Under the pieces are notes generated by a model, which worked only from the letters and a program-made list of their open reading frames with translations, searched no databases and was not told where the DNA came from. Position numbers and translations under genes: made by a program. Source: Octopus sinensis (lineage: Eukaryota). From it: a stretch of DNA of 64,000 bases. Positions 12,037 through 22,928 of this stretch are shown in pieces. Location of the stretch: the NCBI RefSeq assembly GCF_006345805.1, contig NC_042998.1:32054001-32118000 (forward strand), written 5' to 3'. Each line of letters opens with the position of its first letter. The stretch's first letter is position 1.

Positions 12037-12790
12037 GCTGTGAATAACCTCGTCTAAATTAGACAGAAATAAAAATAACACTGACATATCATTTTAGCAG
12101 ATATAATTACCGAAATTACATAAAAATATCTTGAAATACTAAAGAGTAATTTATTCAATAAAATCACCATTGCCTTCCACCACAGCCTCCAGACGACTTC
12201 GGAATCTCCTCCAACTCTTCTGGGCGGTCTCCTTGTTTAAGTTGGTCAATGCTACCATATTCCTTGCTTTCAGCTCATCTTCGACGTTAAAAGGAGTTTT
12301 GTTGATCTCTCGCTCAACTGCGCCCCACACATAATAATGGAGTGGGGTTGCATTCTGGGTAGTTAGGTGGCCAGACGTTAGGGATGATGTGGTCGCAGAA
12401 ATTGTCTGACAGCCATGACTGTGCTCTCCTGCTTGTGTGGCATGGTGCAGAGTCCTGTTGCCAGACATAGGATGTTCCAGTAGCAACCTTCTTGACCTAG
12501 GGCAACACTACCTCTTCAAAGCACTCAATGCAATGTAGACGTCCGTGTTGAGTGTGAGGTCGTGTTTGAAGATGAATGGAGGCATAACGTCACCATTACT
12601 AGTGATAACTCTAAACACCATGATGTTGACTGGATGCTTGATTTTCATCACTCTCGGTACATGTCCTCAGAATGACACCCAAACACCCTGAAATTTTCAT
12701 ATTGTAGCTTCCGGTGCGAATACCAAGCAGTACATGTTTCCAAATTTCTGGCTGAGTGAACTGTTTTTCTCACAGATAGTGCCCAACGGA
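12033..12790 (-). mobile_element. Tc1/mariner DD37D (maT-like) transposon, 3' half, decayed
   Basis: Minus strand: VWQQDSAPCHTSRRAQSWLSDNFCDHIIPNVWPPNYPECNP then (frameshift) LHYYVWGAVEREINK...RRFRSRLEAVVEGNGDFIE*. Spacing from the QQD aspartate to the decayed third-Asp position is 37 residues. The end abuts (TA)n. Confidence 0.85.
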
Positions 12791-14877
12791 CACTACTATT
12801 CTGTGTGTCGACAAAATCAAAACCAATCAAAGTGTATGCGCGAAATTAAAAATATAAAATGGCGTCAATTTACCCATCGCACGTTGTACATACATACATA
12901 CATATACACACACATACATACATACATACTACATACATACATACATACATACATACATACATACATACATACATACATACATACATGCATACATACATAC
13001 ACACACATACATACATGCATAGATTCAGACAGCCAGACAGGCATAAGTAGACAGAAAATAAGTTACACACCAAGTACTTCAGGACTGACGAGCTGTGATT
13101 CACCTGTACAATTCTTCTGGAACAAAACATCGAAGGAAAGCATCTGCCAACAAAGTATGATTGCTAGAAATAGAGGCTAAATTGGTATTTAGCGATATTT
13201 TTTGCAAACAGGTAAACTCCCTCATGTATGAAAGGGATAGTAATGCAATGAAACGGATATGGCAAACGATACAACCTGTGTTGAATAAAAAATGATGGTG
13301 TCGCTCACATAATAAACAAGTTCCTAAAATATCATCCCAGAACAATTTATCTAAGAAGCACACGAAACAGTATACATTGGAGTTCGTGTATTTTGGAATA
13401 GGAAGTTACAGAGAAGTGGATATAATATTCACTCATAATTTAAAAAGAATACCGTTGGAATACTCTTGTCAAAATCTCTGTAAAATACAAGAGCAACAGA
13501 CCGGAAACAATTATCTAGGAGAGAGAAAAGAAATTGTGAAATAGTGAATAGCAATAAAACTCAGTTGTCTAGCAGACTTTAACATAATGTAAAATATAAA
13601 ACTGATCTAGGTGAACTAATGAGAAATCAGGTACTGCAACCGGAATATCATTTTAAATTAATACCTGTGATATTGCGGCGCATTTTCCCCTGTAGTTAAC
13701 TGCCTCAATACCAATACAGAGAAAACTGGTTTTCGCAAAATCAGAAACATTACGAGTAATTAGTCATATATGGGACTGTAAAGATGTGTAAAATAATGTG
13801 TAACATTGTAAAATAATCCAGGTTCAATTAGCTTGTAGCATTTAAACTCGCAAGCTCCCGTATACATACGTATATGTGTGTGAATAGGCCAGGATAGGGA
13901 GAGAAAGAGAGAGACATTTGTATGTGGATACATAGAAAAGATAAAGCACGGATTCATAGAAGCTATTCATGCGTACAAATATACTTGATATATCAATACG
14001 TAGACACACATACACGCATGCGTGCACACATGTGTATAAGATAGTTCAAGAATAATACATTTATTCATGAATATTCGAATACAAGTTCAATTCAGAACGT
14101 AGAAACTTTGATGTGTCAGGCCTCACTTGAAATAAATAAGATAATGTATTATCTCCAAAGAAACATTGCATCCCTAATTGCAATTACTGATAAGTATTAT
14201 TAGTCAAGAGAAGTAGTCAATCAAAATAAAACACGTCTTCAACACAATGGGTTCTACTTTGTGCCGATCCATGCAAGATTATCTACTTGAGTCAAAGGAA
14301 TAATCTTTAACTCTGGCCTATTTATTCTCATTCATTTCTATTTATGAATAACACTTTCAGATTTCACCATCCAAATGACAGAATTCAATATCAAGCAACT
14401 TTTCTTTCCTTTTTTTTCTTTTTGGCTAATGATCGATATGATGTTTGAGTGTCCATTGCCCTCTTAAGAATGTACTTTCTTTCTCTTACTTCGCATGAAA
14501 CTTAATTCGGATATATCGCTTATTGTTCGCGTTGATTCTCTTCTTAAGAGTATCAATGAATTTGTGGTGGTACTATTGACAAACCTTTATAAGCAATCCT
14601 ATTCAATCGTCTTCCACAGTAAAATACTATGCTATGTTATGCATTTCCTTGTTTGAATATTTACGTCTGTACCTATTGTCATAATTCTTAATATTCTCTA
14701 TGGGAACATTTCTTCTCTTATTATCGTAATATCATCCGCCATATAAACTTGTTATTATGCTTCCTCTCTATGTAACTTGTCACCAACATAATCATATGAA
14801 AACCTATTATTCTCTTTCTTCTATCATTGTTATTATTTTTGCTCTTGTAATTACTATTAAATACTATTAAATACATT

Positions 14878-14964
<87 letters not shown>

Positions 14965-14988
14965 ATGCTACTAATACTACTACTTATG

Positions 14989-15030
<42 letters not shown>
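14878..15030. repeat. (CTA)n microsatellite
   Basis: About 50 CTA units with few interruptions. Confidence 0.97.
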
Positions 15031-16856
15031 GCATCAGCAGAAGTAGTAGTAGTGGTCGCATAGGGGGACGTTATCGCAAAAAGACATCGTTGTTGCTTCC
15101 GGGCATTCAGTTTTATTTGAATTTGAAATCACTCCACCCCTCCTGATTACCTTTAAGATTTCAACTCAACAACATAAGAAGCGTTATGACAGATATTATT
15201 CAGTGTTCTTTACGTAGACTACAACGCATTAACATTAAGGAATACAATACAACAATATATTAACCTTGCCTGTATAGTACATATCGCACGTTGTAACAGA
15301 AATAAACCCCATTGAAACCTTGCCCAAATATACACTTGCTAACACCATTATCAATCCACTTACGCACTGAGAGAAATCTTGTCTCTCCAAAAACAGTGCA
15401 TTATTAAGTAACTCTCATCTGACATTGGAATATTTCAATTCCAAAGCATTACACACCTCTTGCAATACAGCTGATGAATTCTAGAGAAAATTTACTCGAT
15501 ACATAAAATTATTTATGTCCAAGGTAAGATTCAACTTCACCTAAATGTTCAAGTTTTGTAGGACAGCGTTGATCGCTGCTTAAAGGGTAGACCAGATAAC
15601 AGAAAAACCAAATATTTCGAAAGCAGAATATTTCCCTGTCCAATATAACCTAGAAAGTTACGAGATGTTTTGGTACAGCCGTTTTGGGGCCGCACATTTG
15701 ATTCGACGCCAACTTATTGGATACCAGGTGCTTGAATGCTTCTTTCGTTTTAATATTTCTCTCCATCCCTTTAAACTTCTCTCTTTTTCTCTTTCAGTTT
15801 CTGCGTTTATGTTCGTGAGCAGATATCCCTTCATATGTATGAGGAGGGGGAAAGTCCTTATGTCAATTGTGTTCAATTGATAAATTTTAATGTCTCTCTG
15901 TCTCTCTCAAAACTCACATTCTATCTATATGTTAATATATCTGCGCATGTGTCTCCAGCACCTCAATGTACTTTTGCCAAAACAAGTTGGATCTCCTCTC
16001 AGTTGTGACAAATACTCAGCATCCAAACAACTGCGCGCAATCTTCTTATTTCAAACCGAGAATGACCTTAACAAAACCATACCTGCATACCCTGAGTGCA
16101 CAGCTGATGTCTTTATGTTCAAAGGAAATTACACACGGCGTAACTCAAATATTTTCATTTAGAAAACTCAACTGTTGTTCTGAAATATCTGTAGAATATC
16201 TCACATGCGCCCCTGTCTTAGTGGCCAATTTTAAATCAATCGCTGTTAGCGGTATTCTTCGAGTTTTCCCCATTTCTACTAGCTGACTTCACCAGGAAAA
16301 TTAATCCGTCATCCTACTGCCATTATGGCTGATATTTATAAATATTAGCTATTTATTTTCTTCTATAGCCTCTTACTGATGCATTCATAAACTTTGATGT
16401 TATAAAATTAATGGGTTCTAGAAAGGAGTGCCGCAAACATTTTTCCCACAGGAATATTCGCCTCAAGATCTTTGGCCGTAGGAACGTTCGCCGCAGAGGG
16501 CATTTTGCCGCAAGACAAATGATGGATTACTCCCCTTTATATATAATTGTTTCAACCAATAAGAAGGAATAAAACAATTTCTTAACTCATTTAGAATTTC
16601 TTTATTCATTCGACAATATCTTTTGTGCGGCAAACATTCCGGATACGAAATTAATAATTTCATAATATTTACATAAATATTAGAACTGAGAACTCTATTT
16701 ACAAATAGGGAAGTCAGTCCTGCTCCTTCCCTATTCCAATGCTAGTCAGTAGAAGGCTCACCTAGTAACAATCTGCGGCCAGTAACACTTACTAGCAGTC
16801 AGTAGCAGTCCCATCAGCAGCGGTCAGCAGCAACCGATTCCAGTAACCAATTTCTC

Positions 16857-17075
16857 TACTACCCACAAGGGGCTAAACACAGAGAGGACAAACAAGGACA
16901 CAAACGGATTAAGTCGATTACATCGACCCCATTGCGTAACTGGTACTTATTTAATCGACCCCGAAAGGATGAGAGGCAAAGTCGACCTCGGTGGAATTTG
17001 AACTCAGAACGTAACGGCAGACGAAATACTGCTAAGCATTTCGCCCGGCGTGCTAACGGTTCAGCCACCTCGCCG
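16857..17075 (-). mobile_element. SINE-A copy
   Basis: Full tail (ctacccacaaggggctaaacac), core and head; high identity to other copies. Confidence 0.9.
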
Positions 17076-17537
17076 ATTCTATTAAGCAGTGTAGACGAAG
17101 TTCTAAGTAGGAGTCTCATCACCAAATTGATGTGAAAACTTTATTTTGTGTTTTGTAAAGTTTTCGACCATATATGTGTGTGTGTTTATAATTATAACAT
17201 ATGTTACTTATTATATCATACCTTCATACTGTGTGGACTAAGATCTCCATTGACATGCTGCTGGTATTTATAGAGTGTTAAACACATTCGGTATGCAAAT
17301 TAGGGACTCCTTCATAGAGTAACTGCCGCATTTTGTGAGTATATAAACAATTTGGTTGTTTGTTTCTCTGGAGAATGTCAGAATGATGTGGACGCCTCTA
17401 ATGAGAACCCAGTAAGGTTCGAAAATCCATTAAGTCTGTTCATCAATTTTTTGTATCTGCAGAGGAAATGACTAAAACTTGCCATGTTTTTATTTATACC
17501 ATATGTTACATACATATATATACATATATATATATAT

Positions 17538-18188
17538 ATGCATACGAGCGCGTATACATACATACGCACATGCGTACGTATGTACATACACACATACATA
17601 CATACATACATACATACATACATACGCACATACATACATACATACGAACAATAGTAAAACATTAGTTCTGTGATATAGAGATAAAAATCTGATAATAGAT
17701 GTTAGGGTATAGTTTTTGTGAGCAAGCGTCATAAATTCACTTTCTAGCCTCGGCCGTAGGGAGCTGAATTTGATAGCGTTGTGATGAGTGGTCACTCTAC
17801 ATCCATCCATCGCTACAGGTTTATAGCTTTATGTTTTATAGAGTGTATGTGCGTGCTTATACACACACATACATATATACATACATACATACCTACATAC
17901 ACACATACATACATACATACATACATACATGCATACACAGGCGTATGTGCGTACATGCATACGTACATACATACACACAAGTATGCATACATACACACAT
18001 ACATACGTACATATATATGACGAACTAACTGTTACTTCGTTAGATGCAGCACGGACTTTGTCAGTGAACAGGTCGCGGATTTTAGCGACGAAAATATTTT
18101 GACAAATTAAACTTAAATGTTGGAGCGAATCGAACGGCTTTTGTGTGTTTCTTAAATGGCTTATAAACACCTTCCACGCTGCAATTGT
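17538..18188 (+). repeat. 5' pseudo-LTR of the PLE
   Basis: Direct repeat of 21831-22549, from atgcatacgagcgcg to ccttccacgctgcaattgt. I count six substitutions outside microsatellite length differences. Confidence 0.93.
18057..18106 (+). ncRNA. Minimal type I hammerhead ribozyme, G3:C8 variant (5' pLTR)
   Basis: tttgtca-GTGAACA-g-gtcgc ggatttta gcgac-GAAA-a ta tt-t-tgacaaa: 7-bp stem I, 5-bp stem II, palindromic AATATT stem III; predicted cut after 18099. Confidence 0.72.
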
Positions 18189-19982
18189 TTTCGTTTCAGC
18201 ACACGATCTCAGATCAAATTACTTGCTATGCGAGTACATCTCCGTAATTCCGAATGCTTGAGCCAGGCTACCAAAACTCTGAGGACAGCCGTTACTTGTT
18301 GCTTGAGAAGAATAACAGCTAAGCAACAGCTTCATTTCATTAGACACTGCATCTCACTGAAGGTTTACCCGAAAAGGATTTACAATACAGTCGAAGCACT
18401 GAACCTGAAGAAGGGACAAGCGTCGAGACTAAAACGTATTTTAATGACGAACCTGAAGTCCGAGCTATACACACACCTTGTCACTAAAGACAAGGAAAAG
18501 CGAGATGCCCTCGCTAAAGTGAAGGACTTACTTACTAATCAAGAATTCAAACAGTTGAAAGAACTACTCCGTCGTGAAAGTAACTCTGTATGGAACAGGT
18601 GCGTACAACACTTTGAAGAGAAACTGACATGGACGATACAACTACCATACAACCAAAAAACAACTAAACAGTTTGTCAAAACTGAATCGATTGATGGGAT
18701 CTCTATGAACGACAAACCAGTAGAGGACGACCAGCTAACAAGTAACGTAAGAGTGTACGGTGGAGTACAACTGGATACTAATGAACTCGCGGCCCTGGAA
18801 CTTCCTCCAAAGTTCGCCACGTATAATAAGGTTAGTAAGATCTCTATACTATCTGACATTGAAAAGTGCTTCACCAAACTTAGATGGAGAACACACTTTA
18901 ACCAAAGCCACAACCACAACCACAACCAAAATCCTGACACACAATACATGCCTGACTATAACCGTTGCTTTTATGATAAACGTGACATGTCATTCGACAT
19001 GAAAAGGGTCTACCCTACCAACTTACCCTTCAACAAAAGAATATGCATGCCACCCTATACTGACGCTGCTTTGGAAGCGAGGTTTACACTTACTAAAGCC
19101 AAGATTCTATCAGCCTTCTCCAATTACACCCAAAGGCATATACAAGAACGATCAGTAAATAAGACCCACGATCTTAACACCAAAATTAAGAAAGGCCTTA
19201 ACATATTAAAAAGACGCATCAAAAACAGAGAGATTGTATGTTTCCCGACTGACAAATCAGGTAGGATGTCTGTTGACAACATACCTAATTACATCTCGAA
19301 CATGCAACCACACATCAGAGACATGACAGAAACCACAACACTCGAATATATCGAGAACGAAAAGATCGTCAATGCTTACATGGGGATGTGGAGTATAATT
19401 CTCCAGTCGGAGAAGCGCACAGCTAACAACTTCTTAACCACCAACAACGAAATCCCACCCCTATATGGCCTTCGCAAAGATCACAAGAGCCACACGGACC
19501 ATATACTTGGGCCACCCACCCGACCCGTTTGTGGTGCCAACAATGCAAACAAACACAAAATATCATACTTTCTCTCACAATTCCTACGACCGTTAATAGA
19601 ACTATCTGCGGATGTATGTGACAGTACTGATGACCTCCTTAGCAGGATCCGCGAATGCAACAACACGTGTGACCTCAAGAACCACATCGTGGGTAGCATG
19701 GATGTGGTATCACTATACCCCTCCATCGATATAGACTTTGCTGTCGATAAATGTATAGAAATAGTTAGTGAGAGTGGTATGATATTTAAGAATGTGGATG
19801 TATATGAACTAGGGCTTTTCCTGGCCCTGACGTGTACCAATGAATACCTGTCGCGCAATAACCTTCTATATGCTTGTCCCACCCGTAACAAACGCGGTAG
19901 ACCACCTACCATTACCTCGGCTTACAGGAAGACTCACTGTGAGCGTGGCAGGGATGGACAAAGCCGGACTACCCACCCTTAA
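18156..19982 (+). CDS. PLE polyprotein, N-terminal part (N-terminal domain and RT up to motif A); true frame ends at a frameshift near 19945
   Basis: 608-aa ORF with PTDKSGRMSV, LYGLRKDHK...PTRPVCGA and SMDVVSLYPSI (RT motif A). The likely start is the in-frame ATG at 18228, since ATG 18156 lies inside the pLTR. Confidence 0.9.
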   Translation: MAYKHLPRCNCFRFSTRSQIKLLAMRVHLRNSECLSQATKTLRTAVTCCLRRITAKQQLHFIRHCISLKVYPKRIYNTVEALNLKKGQASRLKRILMTNLKSELYTHLVTKDKEKRDALAKVKDLLTNQEFKQLKELLRRESNSVWNRCVQHFEEKLTWTIQLPYNQKTTKQFVKTESIDGISMNDKPVEDDQLTSNVRVYGGVQLDTNELAALELPPKFATYNKVSKISILSDIEKCFTKLRWRTHFNQSHNHNHNQNPDTQYMPDYNRCFYDKRDMSFDMKRVYPTNLPFNKRICMPPYTDAALEARFTLTKAKILSAFSNYTQRHIQERSVNKTHDLNTKIKKGLNILKRRIKNREIVCFPTDKSGRMSVDNIPNYISNMQPHIRDMTETTTLEYIENEKIVNAYMGMWSIILQSEKRTANNFLTTNNEIPPLYGLRKDHKSHTDHILGPPTRPVCGANNANKHKISYFLSQFLRPLIELSADVCDSTDDLLSRIRECNNTCDLKNHIVGSMDVVSLYPSIDIDFAVDKCIEIVSESGMIFKNVDVYELGLFLALTCTNEYLSRNNLLYACPTRNKRGRPPTITSAYRKTHCERGRDGQSRTTHP

Positions 19983-21370
19983 GTGCACACGATATTAGAA
20001 CCACCATCGCACATGCTATCGGTGTCAGCCTGAGATTTACGCTAAAAACACATATTTTTAAATTTGACAACAAACTGTATAAGCAAACGAAAGGCGGTGC
20101 TATTGGAGTGGGGATCGCCGGTGACGTTGCTAACCTCTTCATGGTATGGTGGGACAAGCGTTTTAAACAGTGCCTAGCAAACCGTAACATCCACTTGGCT
20201 ATGTACTCTCGTTACGTCGACGACATTAACCTTGTTGTGAAATGTAATACAGACACAGTTATGGGCCCTCTACCAAGTGAAGAACAGGTGATGACATCTA
20301 TACAACACATAGCTGACTCTATCCACAGCAGTATAAAACTTACCATAGACTACCCCTCTAAACACCCCAGTAAACGATTACCCGTCCTAGATACTGAGCT
20401 ATGGATGGAAGACGCTATGGTTAATGGTACCTTTAAACCATGTATACTCCACTCACACTATCAGAAACCGATGGCTAATCCACTAGTAATCCGTAGTGAC
20501 TCAGCTATGTCGGATACTGCCAAACTCAACATCCTAGTGGCAGACTTAGTTAGAGTAATGAGGAATGTATCACCACTATGCCAACCACAAGAACGACAAC
20601 AACACATCCAGCACTACATATTCCGAATGCAACGCTCCGGATACACACAAGACGATAGAGTCAGGGTGTACAAAGGAGCGAAAGCTAGATTCGAACGCAT
20701 TCTAAGGAACGACGAAAACGGTATATGCCCCCTGTACCGCAACAAGTACTGGAATAGGTTAGAGAGGGACACAAACAAAAAGATGAGAAACGTTACTTGG
20801 TACGATAACAGGAGATTTCACGGAGTGATGTTCGTTGACGCCACACCTAAGAACGAGCTAAGTAAGGCATTCAAGAAAGTCCTGCGCACTACGGGCCTAA
20901 AGGTTAAAGTTGTAGAAAAGACAGGTAGGACTATCAAATCGGCATTATGCAGATCATATCCATTTGATAGAATCACTTGTCAGAGTAATTGTGCAGTATG
21001 TTCGACAAATCCACACGTAAATTGTAAAACCAAGGGCACTGTATACCAGATTAAGTGCCAGGAGGGAGCTTGCGCGGCTAACCCAGAGTCATACATAGGT
21101 GAGACCTCTAGAAGCATCAATGATAGGTTCAAAGAACACCTGGACAACTACATTGAAAGGAAGCCAAACTCCATCTTCTTCCAACATGCTGTAGACTGCC
21201 ACAAGGGATCCTTAGGGGAGCTTAAGTTGAACATCCTATCAACACATCCCACCGATGCAATGTTGAGACAGGTCACAGAAGCTGTTTGTATACAAGAATA
21301 CAAACCTACTCTCAACCGAAAGTCCGAATGGAATAACATCCAGATCCCATTCAGAAGGACTATTCTATAA
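19946..21370 (+). CDS. PLE polyprotein, C-terminal part (RT motifs B'/C, thumb, Cys linker, GIY-YIG endonuclease)
   Basis: Frame is open from 19946 (WQGWTKP...); the track ORF starts at 20108. Contains YKQTKGGAIG, YSRYVDD, RLPVLD, CQSNCAVC..C, VYQIKC...YIGETSR...RFKEH, FQHAVDCH, EA and LN motifs. Confidence 0.93.
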   Translation, partial: WQGWTKPDYPPLSAHDIRTTIAHAIGVSLRFTLKTHIFKFDNKLYKQTKGGAIGVGIAGDVANLFMVWWDKRFKQCLANRNIHLAMYSRYVDDINLVVKCNTDTVMGPLPSEEQVMTSIQHIADSIHSSIKLTIDYPSKHPSKRLPVLDTELWMEDAMVNGTFKPCILHSHYQKPMANPLVIRSDSAMSDTAKLNILVADLVRVMRNVSPLCQPQERQQHIQHYIFRMQRSGYTQDDRVRVYKGAKARFERILRNDENGICPLYRNKYWNRLERDTNKKMRNVTWYDNRRFHGVMFVDATPKNELSKAFKKVLRTTGLKVKVVEKTGRTIKSALCRSYPFDRITCQSNCAVCSTNPHVNCKTKGTVYQIKCQEGACAANPESYIGETSRSINDRFKEHLDNYIERKPNSIFFQHAVDCHKGSLGELKLNILSTHPTDAMLRQVTEAVCIQEYKPTLNRKSEWNNIQIPFRRTIL

Positions 21371-21830
21371 CCACCCCTCTCTCTCTCTCCCTTTCACCTG
21401 TAGTCCTTACATACAGGTTGCAATGCGTATGTGCAGTTATATACAACGGTATGAGCAGACGTTGTTTGATACGAACAGTTGCACCTAGGCGTTGTATCCA
21501 TTCACGGTTAGACGATGATGAGAGGAACAAACACACACCCACACACATATATATATATGTGTGTGCGTCTATACAAACATATATGTAAATATGTATACAA
21601 CCATCAGCAAAGTAACAGTCATGTACACAACTTGGACGGACACATGCCAGTACACGGACATACGTTCACTTACACATACACATGTACACACTCTCACAGA
21701 CACATCTGCCCATTCTCCTAGACACTCACATACATACGTAGCACATGAATACAAACATACATACATACCTACGTATGGGCATACACACGTACATACGCAC
21801 GTACATGTACGCACACACATACATGGGCAC

Positions 21831-22548
21831 ATGCATACGAGCGCGTATACATACATACGCACATGCGTACGTATGTACATACACACATACATACATACAT
21901 ACATACATACATACATACATACATACATACATACATACATACATACATACATACATACATACGCACATACATACATACATACGAACAATAGTAAAACATT
22001 AGTTCTGTGATATAGAGATAAAAATCTGATAATAGATGTTAGGGTATAGTTTTTGTGAGCAAGCGTCAAAAATTCACTTTCTAGCCTCGGCCGTAGGGAG
22101 CTGAATTTGATAGCGTTGTGATGAGTGGTCACTCTACATCCATCCATCGCTACAGGTTTATAGCTTTATGTTTTATAGAGTGTATGTGCGTGCTTATACA
22201 CACACATACATATATACATACATACATACACACATACATACATACATACATACACACATACATACATACATACATACATACATACATACATGCATACACA
22301 GGCGTATCTGCGTACATGCATACGTACATACATACTCACAAGTATGCATACATACACACATACATACGTACATATATATGACGAACTAACTATTACTTCC
22401 TTAGATGCAGCACGGACTTTGTCAGTGAACAGGTCGCGGATTTTAGCGACGAAAATATTTTGACAAATTAAACTTAAATGTTGGAGTGAATCGAACGGCT
22501 TTTGTGTGTTTCTTAAATGGCTTATAAACACCTTCCACGCTGCAATTG

Positions 22549-22549
<1 letters not shown>
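21831..22549 (+). repeat. 3' pseudo-LTR of the PLE
   Basis: Direct repeat of 17538-18188, followed immediately by (TA)n. Confidence 0.93.
22418..22467 (+). ncRNA. Minimal type I hammerhead ribozyme, G3:C8 variant (3' pLTR)
   Basis: Identical to 18057-18106; predicted cut after 22460. Confidence 0.72.
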
Positions 22550-22617
<68 letters not shown>

Positions 22618-22620
<3 letters not shown>

Positions 22621-22776
22621 CAACGATTTGCCTCACCACACATCGAATTTAGAAATAGCAGTCAAAGAGTTATGGCTAGTCTTTCTACTTAAAAGGGCGA
22701 TCCCAGTAAAAAGAATAGCCATAACTCTTTGACTGCTATTTCTAAATTCGGTGTGTGGTGAGGCAAATCGTTGCTA
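22618..22776. repeat. 61-bp inverted repeat with 37-nt spacer (MITE-like hairpin)
   Basis: Arms 22618-22678 and 22716-22776 match at 60/61 positions; both ends are TA. Confidence 0.9.
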
Positions 22777-22894
22777 AACCCTTAATTACTTAGTATTAGT
22801 TAAACCTTCCTTGAATGGGGCTTTTACATGCCGAAATCTACTTGGTGAAATTAATGATTATTCCAAATTAATTAGTTTCACCCTATATTATTAT

Positions 22895-22928
<34 letters not shown>

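Larger units (their letters stand above)
17538..22549 (+). mobile_element. Penelope-like retroelement (PLE), C-terminal GIY-YIG type, near-intact
   Basis: RT plus GIY-YIG ORF between two direct pseudo-LTRs, each with a hammerhead motif; (TA)n on both flanks. Confidence 0.95.

Noticed and set aside
17775-17815. gtgatgagtggtcac hairpin region in the pLTR as a second hammerhead
   Set aside because: No downstream GAAA or stem III.
19935-19955. Programmed ribosomal frameshift in the PLE
   Set aside because: No slippery heptamer at the site and PLEs are single-ORF elements; a simple indel is more likely.
18539-20190. Antisense and alternative-frame ORFs overlapping the PLE ORF
   Set aside because: Shadows of the real coding frame; no motifs.
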